A DNA stretch of 61,249 nt, the filler included, from Basidioascus undulatus (lineage: Eukaryota), in the NCBI GenBank assembly GCA_000826855.1. It is 3 parts of 3 records of this genome, joined end to end, with 100 filler letters (N's around TTAATTAATTAA, not from the genome) between each part and the next. Parts side by side here need not be neighbours in the genome. Positions count along the whole stretch, not along the records: positions 40,938 to 61,249 come from JTLS01000377.1; 2 more parts are not named here. One strand, 5' to 3'. Shown here piece by piece: positions 48,159-59,146 of the stretch; the stretch's first letter is position 1; each line of letters starts with the position of its first letter. The position numbers and the translations under genes were made by a program. Under the pieces are notes generated by a model, which saw nothing but the letters and a program-made list of their open reading frames with translations, ran no database searches and had not been told where the DNA came from.

Positions 48159-49667
48159 GAGCGATTCGCGCTCATCTACCTAGGAAACTGTGCAACTGGA
48201 GAGTAGAGGGGACTTGATGGAGAGGGAAGAGAAAGAGAGCAGAAGGGGCAGCGAAGGAAGGGCGATGTGGCGGTGCAGTGCGAAAGCAGGTGCGGAACTG
48301 AACCTCCGTTCGCCGTCGCACACGGCGTTCGTTTCATGTCCCTTGATTCCCATTGCTGCGGTCCTGCTGATTTCGATCAAGGGTCCGACTGTTTCTTCCA
48401 CATTTAGGCGTACTTCATCGGCCGTTCTTCATCAAGATGCATGTACAGTATCGGAAGCAGAGAAACTGCTTGCAGATCTTGTCACCTAATTTGCAGAGTG
48501 TAAGCTCGTCGTGCGGGTCGTCTGAGGCCTTTGAGCCCGTCAGAACAGTTCAAAACCTGTTCAATAGTTTCGAATAGTCGTGTATGGATTTCTGGGCATT
48601 TTGCCGCTGCCGGGAACAGCAAAGGAGCCAATGGATTAGCTGCATCAAACGAGCCTCAACGACTGGCAAGGCTTCAGTCGCCAATTTGTCCTAACTTACG
48701 AGCCTCTAAGAGAGGTACCTCGCCCATTAAAGGACGTGTTACTGCCCGGAGCTGTATACAGTTGAGTTTTCAAGAGAGCATTCACCGCCTCACAGCTACC
48801 GTGCGGTGCAAAGGTTCGTTCAGCTGACGGCGTCCGGGGTTCAAAAAGCTGCAGTTGTGAAAGATAGTCGGAAGTGAGGAGAAAAGCATACTGTACATGA
48901 TCTTTCCTTGTCATAGCAGGAGCTTTATCAAACGGAAAGATGTGAGTGAAAAAGAAAATACAAAACATCCGCTCAACTCGTGCGGCGCCAAACAGCGCTG
49001 TGTCTCAGATTCAATGATCGCCACTGCAGCATGCCTGCAGGCAGGTCAGTCCCTCAGAGCACCAGCTTAAGCCGGACTGCACTTCATAGAAATTTCTGTT
49101 AACTTCAATATATCGAGCCCGGACCTCCCTGTTGAATGTGAAAAAGAAGCTCAGGGAGGTATCACCGCACCGGAGAAATGCCATTTGCTGAAGCGGGCCA
49201 GAGCGAGACTCCACAGCTGAGTCCCCGCCCCGCGCGCTTTTCTTCTCCCCTCACGACCATCTCGTCGCCCCTTGCCCTCGCCCCGCTTTCGCTTTCGCCC
49301 ACCGCTACACCCACAAAGTCTGCATTGACGCAAACCGTCGCTGTCATCTCTCCATTCCAAAGTGCGTTGGTTGGGCTGAGGCGCTTTTTTCGCCTTTGAG
49401 CGTGGAGGGTGGTGAGGGCGGTGCTGACCGAGGGGCTGTTGATCTCCAGCCAGCAACTCGTTTCGCCTACACAGCAAAAAAGCCTAGCGTTCGCTAAAGG
49501 CACAAGGCACTCATTAGAGAGGTGCGTATACGCGTCTTGTGCTATGGGCTGGGGCGGCGAGTCTTGAGGGAGAATGAATTGGTTACTCACCGTCTTCTCT
49601 GCGCGCTCTCCGTCCGCTCATCCAGTCGCCTTACCCCCTCTTGCGCCGTCTCCGACTAGTCGCCGAC

Positions 49668-49824
49668 ATTTTGTCCGCGCAACAAAGCCCCCATTTCCTA
49701 GGCCTTGTTTATTCGGGACGGTTCTCCGGCCTGAAGGTGCGTCCTGCTCTTGACCCTTTTCAAGCCCGGCCCAGCTCATCCCGCTCTGATCTCCCCTCGT
49801 CCGCCACTCTCACAGCCCCCGTGA
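49668..49824 (+). promoter_or_regulatory. Candidate AUU-initiated spliced uORF (uCC) in the ODC leader: ILSAQQSPHFLGLVYSGRFSGLK|PP*
   Basis: ATT at 49668 with G at -3; intron 49737-49815 (GTGCGT...CTGAT...CAG) brings CCC CCG TGA into frame. Confidence 0.65.
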
Positions 49825-50210
49825 TTTGCCCACTCTTCACCCACCGATAAATCCATTCACCGCATAGCGCGCACCCAACACTCTCCCCGCCTCCCTCGGA
49901 TTAGTCGCCTTCGTCGTCTTTTCCACTCCCACCCTTTACCCCCGCCCCTCAAAGCCCTTTCCTCGCTACAGGGAGCGAGGAACCCCCACCCGACTGACGG
50001 CCTAAACGAGCGAGCCGCCGACAAGGCACTCGCCCCAGCAGGCTAAGACCAGCGTCAACCCGAACTTCTCCCTTGACGGGGACACCCACCGCGCGCACAA
50101 CACAACACCCGACCGCCGCCATAGCAGCAGCACGCCACTCGCCTCCATCCTACCACTCCCTGCACGCTTCTCGACCCGTCGATTCCTTCCACGCCCCCGC
50201 TTCCACCGCC

Positions 50211-52136
50211 ATGTCATCCGCCGCCATCCTCTCCGCGCCCGCCTCGGGTATCTCCTTCACCCGTCCGGACGCCCCGTCCTTCACGTCCGCCTCGCCTGTC
50301 GACGCTGCGACGGCGCTGCTGGCCGACCTCTACTCCGCCACTCCGCGTGGTCGCGCGCCCATCGCTGCCCCGCGTGACGCGCTCCCGACCCCGCCGGCAT
50401 CGCACTGCCCGTCGCCCGCTCCGAGCGTGCGCGCGACCGAGGAGGAGCTTCCGACGCTCTTCAGCGGCAGCGTCGACGCGCAGCTGCGCGCGCAGCTCGA
50501 GGACATCTCTGAGGACGGCGACAACGAGGACGCGTTCTTCGTCGCTGACCTCTCCGAGGTGTACAGGCAGCACAGGCGCTGGGTCAAGGAGCTCCCGCGC
50601 ATCGAGCCTTTCTACGGTACGCCCTTTCTGTCCTTCAGAGCCATTTGGGGAGATGGCTGAAGTTTGTCCGTGTGCCTCCTCCGCAGCCGTCAAGTGCAAC
50701 CCGGATCCGTACGTGATCCGGCTTCTCGCCGCGCTCGGGTGCGGCTTCGACTGCGCCTCGCAGTCGGAGATCGCGTCCGTGCTCGCAATCCCCTCGGCGC
50801 CGTCGGCGGACCGCATCATCTTCGCGAACCCGTGCAAGCCCGCGTCGTTCGTCCGCCACGCGCGCCGCAATGGCGTCGAGATGATGACGTTCGACAATGC
50901 GGACGAGGTGACCAAGATCGCGCGCCTTTTTCCGTCCGCCAAGCTAGTCATCCGCATCCTCACCGACGACTCCAAGAGCATTTGCCGCTTCGGCATCAAG
51001 TTCGGCGCGCCGCTCGACACGGTCCCCGCGCTCCTCGCGCTCGCGCGCGAGAAGGGCCTCGACGTCATCGGTGTGAGCTTTCACGTCGGGAGCGGGTGCT
51101 ACGACCCCCAGTCGTACGAGGACGCGATCGACCGCGCCCGCCGCGCGTTCGACATGGGCCGCCAGGCCGGCTACGAGTTCAGCCTTCTCGACGTCGGCGG
51201 CGGGTTCGGCCACGACAACTTTGAGCTCCTCGCGCGCGGACTGGCGCCCGCCGTCGAGAAGCACTTCCCGGCGAGCGAGGGCGTGCGCGTCATCGCTGAG
51301 CCCGGCCGGTTCTTCGTGCACAACGGTAAGGCTTCGTATCATTATCTTCGTTACGAGCAGTGAGGCTTACAGAGAGTTCGCTCACAGCGTACACGCTCGC
51401 GACCAACATCGTTGCGCGCCGCGGCTGCCACACCGCCGTGGGTGAGGAGCACGAGCACGTCGACCTCGAGGAGATGGAGGACGTCGTCCCGCAGGGCATC
51501 GCCGAGGAGGCGGAGCAGGCCGAGGAGACCGCCGAGGAGCAGCCGACCGTCATGTGTACGTCTTTGTGACTCATCTCGGAAGACGCTGAGCTGAGCGGTT
51601 GGAACAGTCTACACGAACGACGGCGTGTACGGGGCGTTCAAGTGAGTCACATGCGCTTGATTCTGTAGCGATACAACACCATGCTGATGCCTAATCCGCT
51701 CCTTCAGCTCGGTCATGTTCGACCACGCGCATCCGCAAGCGAAGGTGCTGAGCATGGCGACGCGTGGCGGGCTCCAGCTTCCCGCTCCCGCGAACGAGGG
51801 CGATGTCGAGGCGTGCTCGATCTGGGGCCCGACATGCGACTCGATCGACTGCATCCAGGCGCTTACCCGCCTCCCGCGGGGGCTCCAGGTCGGCGACTGG
51901 CTCCGCTGGGACGAGATGGGCGCGTACACCATTTGCGCTGCGAGCACGTTCAACGGGTGCGTCGCTTTCCCCGTGTCGCCTCTCTGAGTCGTACTCGGTG
52001 CTAATCTTGACTTTGCCTTGTTTCCAACAGCTTCAAGCGCTCCGAGGTCCGCTACACCTCTGGCGTCGGCGCCGACTCCCTCGCCGTTCGCGGCGCGCTC
52101 GCCAAGTACGGCGACGCCTTCGCGGCGTTAGCTTGA
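50211..52136 (+). CDS. SPE1: Ornithine decarboxylase
   Basis: PFY|AVKCN, GFDCAS, FANPCK, SFHVGSG, LDVGGGF, EPGRF, NDGVYG, WGPTCDSID and MGAYT. Confidence 0.96.
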
Positions 52137-52945
52137 GTTTAGACTCAGGAAAGGATGCCGTTCGGCGCGCGGAGCGCCAGCGTCCCGTTCCCCTTCCTCT
52201 CCTTTTCCCACTCTTCTATTCGCGATCGTTTATGCAACCCTCCTTTTTTTCTCAACGCACGCCGCACGTTGCACCTTTGGTACCACCTTGCCTTTGCCTT
52301 CCCGCACTTTTGTCGTCTCGCATGAGCCGCACGAACTGTCTTCGCATCGTCATCGTCTGTCATGGTCACGTTTGTCATCTATTGTGGTGTCTGTCGTACG
52401 GGCTTTGCCGCTGTCGGTTTGGGTTGTCGCTCGCTGGCATGGGCAAGAGTCATGGTGCATTGTTGTTTACATCGTTGTGTTATAAAGGCGGTGCGCTCGA
52501 GCCGACGGACACATGCGGGGCTGCTTTCAGAGATTTTGCAGCACGAATTAGGGAGAGGGTCTGACGGGAAAGCTGCCTGCAAACTAATGGTCAGGTGCTC
52601 GCACAACCCCTATCGGAAGGGGAGTGTGGCCGGGCAAGCGGGGCCGTCTGCGAGAAAGGGAGTGTAGACCTACACATAATGCATCGGATGATATGAGCAA
52701 CTGGCAGCATTGGGTAGCAACCAATTGCAGGGACGACGAGCCGCCGGCTGCGAGGGCGCCCCGTAGCTCCCGCAAAACAAATTTTCCACTATGATATCAG
52801 CCAGGGGGAGCCTTACGAGCACCCGCGACCGTGTTAACTTTCAGCATCCGGCGTTGGATAATAGTCAGCGGCCGCGGTCGCTGCTCCCCTTTGCTGCTCC
52901 TCTCCAAGTTTTGACACCTCGAGCATCGTCCAGTCCACACCCGCG

Positions 52946-53446
52946 ATGCCGGTTTTCATCGAGCTTCCCTACGATGTCCTCAGCGAGATCTTCGCACTCG
53001 CCTACTCGCTTGAGCCCCGCACGCCCAGCCTCATGCAGGTGGCAGTCGGCCCCGCCCAGACCGAACGTAGTCCGCCGAAGGGCGTGTTGCGGGTCTCCTC
53101 ATTCGCAAGTTCCTTCAGCCTGTCGCGGAGTCGATTTTATATCGCTGGATACGCCTGGACACCCGCATACAGTGCAGGATTCCTCAAACACGCCGACCGA
53201 CTGAAAGCGAAGCAGCGCTGCACGTCGCTCGAGTTTCATGCCCCGTTCGATCGCCTCCGCACCTTAATTCCACACATTTTGAACGCTTGCTCATCTCTCA
53301 GTCACTTCAACATCCGTATCGGTAGCTTTCAGCGATCCACCAAGCCCACACTCGCTGGCTTCTTGGACGCACTCGCGGCTTTGAGGCCCACGACTGCATC
53401 GATCATGATACGGGCAATTTCATCGAATAGCTCGGACCAGCGCTGA
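52946..53446 (+). CDS. F-box-like hypothetical protein, probably truncated
   Basis: Starts MPVFIELPYDVLSEIFALAY; early stop. Confidence 0.45.
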   Translation: MPVFIELPYDVLSEIFALAYSLEPRTPSLMQVAVGPAQTERSPPKGVLRVSSFASSFSLSRSRFYIAGYAWTPAYSAGFLKHADRLKAKQRCTSLEFHAPFDRLRTLIPHILNACSSLSHFNIRIGSFQRSTKPTLAGFLDALAALRPTTASIMIRAISSNSSDQR

Positions 53447-54859
53447 ACGCGCATGGGTCATGTTACCATTCGGAAGCTGGAGGGCACCTTAACCGAGTGG
53501 GCTCAAACCGTCAATCTTCGCAAGCCTCTATTATTGCGACTTTTGCACTTTCGAAGGTTATCTCACATTGGCCAAGAACCCGCTCGTCCGCGCCATCGAC
53601 TTTTTTCGTGACTTTCGACACTAGGCCTCATCACCGGATTACGCAATGAGATGGCAGGAAATGCGGCCTCGTGTAGAGTTCAGGAGGGACCCAGGAGTTT
53701 TCCTGTGGCCTTGAGGTGTACGAGTGTTGAGAGCGTTTGGGTTCTCCTCGGTGCGTGTCTTGGACCCGTCTTCCCATTGTGTCCTGCTTACACCTGATTA
53801 TACAGCCGGTTCAGCTCAACCTGCAACAACACCTAGGTTGCGTTTCCTCTTATTTCCCTACACTTTTCTCCGGCTGATCAGAATCTAAGAAACCCACCCC
53901 AATATGTACTACATGGCCAGAAGGAGCCAGGGATGCCCAGAAACAGCAAAATTTTCAGTTTCAGTGCCGAATGAAATGCTGTAACTTCAGGCGCTGAAGG
54001 CAAGGTCTGTGCCCTCCCTGAGCACATCAGAACTTCTGTACAGATGAAAGTGGTGATTACTCGGCTCAAAAAAGTGGATATGAGAACAGAGTGTGAGTAT
54101 GTGTGCTATAGGTCAAGTGGATCTGCTTGGAAGAGACGAACAGCAACGTAAAGGTCGACACCTCCTGGGCTGCGAGAATCTATGGTATCTCATTCCCAGG
54201 TCCTTCCAGAGGGTCGAGACCTGATATTTTTATTGTGGCACAGGACACAGGATTGGAGAAAAACAAGCCAGAGCAAGTGTTTGTATTAAGTGCTGTCGAC
54301 ACCGAATCTTCCCATTCCTACAGGCCCGTGTTCTGGAGCATTCAAACCCGTCTTATAAGCGGAATAAGCAATTCAAAGCTTCGAAAACACTTTTCAACAT
54401 ACTCTGAACACACAATCTGGTATGAAAGACTGAGCAGCTAATGCACTGAGTTGTGTCTGCAGCGGTGGTACCGGTCCTGGCCCTCCTGGGCCAACTACTC
54501 TCAAAGTCATTCGTTTTTTCCTCAAAATAACGTATACCTTTCTGATGCTGCGTGAGGTCTTCATTCATTTGTATAAAGACCACTCGATCAGGCTCTTCTG
54601 AGTGCATGGCCGGGGCTACAATGCCGCGACAGGCTCGGATCTTTCTCGCAATGCCGATCTTCATACTTCCCTGATTGGAATCCCAAAGCAGTCCCACCTT
54701 CTCCAGCCAAAGCTTGCTGCCACATAATAGCTTCAGCTTGTCATTTAATTCCAAGGCGCCCCTTCATACCCTCCTACTAGCACTCTTCCGACCCCGGCCT
54801 TCGCAAGACGACTCGCAGGCTTGGCCACTGACAACGAGCGCTGGTGCCACTTCTGCGCA

Positions 54860-55261
54860 TCACTCCTTGAAGAGCGGGTAATGAGACACTATAAGACTCT
54901 TCCTGCCAGAAGTGGATCCGTAGGCAAGACCCACCTTGGGACCGAGGCGCACGACAGTGCCCGCGACGAACCAGTCGTTGGCACGCATGACAGGCAAGTT
55001 GGTAGACGCCGCGCTGTGATGCTCATTCGACGCCGTATGCCACTTGAAATTGAGCACAGAGTTCCCACCCGCCTTTGCCGCAGCCTGCTTGAGGAGCTGG
55101 CAGGCGAGCTCAAACGCGCCCAGGGGGTGCAGCTTGTCCGCTTCGCGCCGCGTGGTCAGCTCCTCCGCATCGAGGTCGGAGGTGTAGTAGTCGGCAGTCT
55201 GTGAATTCAGAATCTGGACATACGATATTCCCTTTACGACCACCGAAATATTCTGCGACAA
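54860..55261 (-). CDS. YbjQ/UPF0145-like small protein, N-terminus apparently missing
   Basis: LACQLLKQAAAKAGGNSVLNFKW...WFVAGTVV; paralogous to 56203-56605. Confidence 0.5.
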   Translation of the reverse strand: MSQNISVVVKGISYVQILNSQTADYYTSDLDAEELTTRREADKLHPLGAFELACQLLKQAAAKAGGNSVLNFKWHTASNEHHSAASTNLPVMRANDWFVAGTVVRLGPKVGLAYGSTSGRKSLIVSHYPLFKE

Positions 55262-55492
55262 GCGGAGATTGCGTGAACGCCCGAAATGTTGAACAAAGTG
55301 GAGCGGAAGATGGCGGAAGACGGCTTTGGGGGAGGCTGGTACATCTAGTAACTTGCTATGTAATGCTTATAGAAGTGCATACAAAGACGTCCCCACTCCC
55401 TGTCTCTTCTCGCTTCCCACTCTTTTCCTCCTCCTACCCAGCTTCAGTGTGCTCCGTCCCGCACGGCCAGTCTCATTAACCACCCACCTGCC

Positions 55493-55696
55493 ATGCGACC
55501 GGAAGACGTCCTCATCCTCACTCTCAACACGCCCCCGTCCGGCCATCCCATCGTCGACATCCTGGGCATGAAAGCTGTCAACCTCACCCACGAACGCGTC
55601 CATAGCTTAAGGAGCGGCCGCAAGCTTGCCCAAGCGGCCAAGTTCCCTCAACGCCGCTTGGTGCAAGCAGCAAGACCTGACGAGATGTCCTCGTAA
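55493..55696 (+). pseudogene. N-terminal fragment of the same YbjQ-like family
   Basis: MRPEDVLILTLNTPPSGH matches MQRPEDVFIITLPTAPPGH at 56605. Confidence 0.45.
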
Positions 55697-56202
55697 CGAA
55701 CGGACTTGCACAGCTGGGTAAACAATGGTGATGCTTTGTTTGCACAGTTCTTGTAGAGAGAACATATCGTTGTTTTTCGACAAGGTCCAACCGTCCTCTG
55801 CTGACATTGCTGCCGGCCTCCGACAGCCAAAGCGTTCAACGGACTTGTGCAGGATGCCCTCCACAAATCTGAAAGCCTGAAAATCTCCGTGACATTTTAT
55901 TCTTCAGTCCCGTATCCCTGTGCATAAGATGGGAGGCGTGTGAATTCGCAAGACTGTACTGCTTTCCTAGGCGGTGATCTGCACACAGCTAGGCAGTGCT
56001 CCAGCAGTGCGTCCATCCTCCTCATCCGCAAGGCGTTCAACAATTATACACTCGAAATACAAACACAGTATGATACAACACCCACTCCCTTTCACCGCCG
56101 GCGCCCCCAGCCCTCACTCGGGATCTTTTGGCATCGGTTTTAGCTCACGTTTCCAACCTAACCCTTCCCGCGTTACATCTGGAAGAACGACAGAGAGAGG
56201 GA

Positions 56203-56605
56203 TCAAGGTATGATTCTCTGTCGAGAAAGAGCTTTACGCTTGAGACTCACCTGACCAACATTCACGACGGTGCCCGTAACGAACCACTCTCCCCTTTCAA
56301 TACACGGCAAAGCATCAAAGGGAGGGCCGTCGTGACCACCTGGCGCCGTGTACCACTTTAGATCCAGCACGGCATGCCCCCCTACCTCTGCGGCTCTTTC
56401 CTTGAGCATGTGGCATGCGAGGTCAAAGACATAGCGGGGGCATAGTCTGCGCTTTTCCGATTGCGCTTCCGACACGGAATACTTTAGCTCGACCGCGTAG
56501 AACTCTACCACACGATTCCAGGTCAAGTGAACGGAACTCGGTGGTATGATGACCTGGTGGTGCGGTTGGGAGCGTGATGATGAAAACGTCTTCTGGTCTC
56601 TGCAT
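56203..56605 (-). pseudogene. YbjQ/UPF0145-like protein with a frameshift near 56526
   Basis: N-terminus in ORF 56423..56605; C-terminus LACHMLKERAAEVGGHAVLDLKW...WFVTGTVV in ORF 56203..56526. Confidence 0.5.
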
Positions 56606-58424
56606 TGCGAGGGGTGAGGTTCGTAGAACTGGAAGTCAATGCAGAGCCTAGGGGAGCGGATGCGAATGCGCGATGAAAGGGCAATGGATCCTTCTCACGG
56701 CAAAGAGCTCACGGAGAACGACTCTCCATGCACCCTGTACCCAGTGTCAGTCTTTACCCGAAAGTCCTGCTCGCCCAAGAAAAAAGGTACCTGGGGACGT
56801 CCTGATCAAAACGGCCCAAGGAATACGATCATGATATCGATCGCGCGATAGGTTTGGGGTGCAGGCTTGGGAATGTTGTCAGACAGCCTGAAAAATCGGA
56901 TGAGGTTTTGTAAACCGGGCTGTATGACATACTGTCCAGATGAGCCAGCCAATCATGAGCAGGAAGCCCAACACAGCGCAAAGGAAAAGAGGCAGCAGAT
57001 GCGACTCGCCGCTTGGCACGCCATGCCCACTTGGCGGCTACCAATACAAAGACCGAAAGACAGAGAATGACGCCAACAGCTGCCCAAGCTGCAATGCCCT
57101 GTCTGACGGACTCTCTTTCCTGTGCTATCTGAAGGAGAAACTGGAAGAAGCTGTTGGACACGATGGCATACTGCAAGTGCTTCCCTCTGGTAAGTTGAAA
57201 AGTAGAGCTTCCCCAAAAGTATTCTTGAACTCTAGCCTCTAGCATGCTGCTAAACACAAAGAAGAGCTTGTACTTGAGAAGAGCGAGGAGGGCTCGTAGC
57301 GGACCAGCCGTTCTGGAAGAACGGTGAGGTGCAATGTCGGAACGGTTTGAGCAGGTAAGGGCGCACTTTTGAGGACAAGGTCTCCCCCTGATAGCGGGGT
57401 ATACCGGTCCCATCCAAACTCCCAGTAGCTTATTGTATGTGACAGCCGTCAAGATGGGGTCTTTCAGAGAAGGTGCCCAGAAGGGACGTACAGTTGCCAG
57501 CTGAAATAACCGAAGAGCAGCTGCGAGAGCGAGAGAGTGACGAGGATGAGGACGTCCGGAACCGCGATAAAGATCACCTATGTGATTGAGACGATGGCCA
57601 TTTCCTTGAATGAGAAGTGCTGATTGTAGACGCGGAGGTGAGCCTCGAGAGGACAGGTCATGGAGACCACAACGTACCTGATCAACAGCGTTTGCAACCA
57701 GTAAAAGGTTTAAAAAGCCAAGTGCCCACTGTTCTCGATAACATGAGAATTAGCGGATGCAGAATGTGAAAATGAGGTTGACGGAATAGAGAACGTACAG
57801 AGTTGAGCAGAATTGTGGTGTCGCAGACATTCGATGGCCAGAAAGAGGTGACAGGCGTGCCCCACGTAGAAACTGATAAAATCCATGAAAACCATCTGAA
57901 CCAGGGCTTCAAGAAGCCGAAGTGTGATTCGGCCAACGCTCTGGCCACCCGTAATAGCCAGATCACGGTCTCTACCATTCGACGTAGCAAGAAACGGGCC
58001 GGACAACGTACCATGTAGCCTGACCCCACCTCCTTACGTACTGTCACATGGCGGTACACCTCGCATGCAAGGCAGATAATCGTAGGGGCCACCGACATTT
58101 TCAACTCTCCGACAAGGACGAGAATCTACAGAAGCAGCTTTCTGCGGGGGAGCTCAAGGGTTGTATCGAGGCAGGAGTGAGCGAGGCCGCGACAGGCGGC
58201 AAGTCCGTCGTCTCAGGACGTCTCCCCGTTGCTTGAGCTTCTTCGACACCATGGCCTGTTCCGCATGGTCAATCCGAGAGGTTCCGTAGGAACCAGTTCC
58301 TGAGAAAACGCTTGATAAAGTTTGATGATGGTTATGTAGCGTTGAGAAAGAACTGAGTTGATCAAATCTGGCGCGGCATTGCGAGCACCACTAGTATTGT
58401 TGCTAACTCAATGCCATTGCGAGT

Positions 58425-58459
58425 TTCGCCGTGCCATTCGCCGTGCCATTCGCCGTGCC
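58425..58459. repeat. 12-bp tandem repeat TTCGCCGTGCCA x3
   Basis: Read directly from the sequence. Confidence 0.85.
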
Positions 58460-59146
58460 CCAAGTCCCCTGACCTACGCATCGGCGGACACCCTGAAGCG
58501 AACATGCATTTCAACACATTCACCCAGGTAACGGTTGAATTACATGTAAGCAGAATAGATAACCTTGCGAATTGTGCGAAACTTGGACAGAAGCAGTGGG
58601 TCGCATGGCAAATTTTACATCCGAACGTCATTCCACGCCGGGCCATCACAAAACTCATGCAATTCTTGATCATTGCGAAACCTGCGCACGTTACATGACA
58701 GTGGACGTAAAAAAGATGAGAGCGAAGAATCGTAAAGCTGGGGCGGGGCAACGAAGAAGGAAATTGCAGCTGCAGCGATGCTCGACGAGCTCAGTGTCCG
58801 GTGTCCATGCGTGCGTGTGGGTGCGAGGTGAAACGTGGGTGGATCGAGATGAACAGTGACTATAATGGGTTGGGATGGGGAAGGGACAAGCAAGGCAACT
58901 GGAGGCGCGAGCTCAGGCGAAACATGCGCTGGCGCGGGGAGATGGGGAGGGTGTTACAGAAACCGCGATGACGAAAGCGAAACAAAGTATCGAAAAAGTA
59001 GATGGAGATGACGAAGAAGACAATGGGGCCGTTCCGCGAAGAAATGACGTCCATCAATCAGGAGCTAGAACAATGTGGGGAGAATAGGAAACGAAACAAC
59101 AATCGCACTTCGTGAACGACGAAGCAACAGAAAGAGGGGAAACAAC

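Noticed and set aside
56829..58236. Membrane protein gene
   Set aside because: Hydrophobic fragments exist, but I could not build a consistent gene model.
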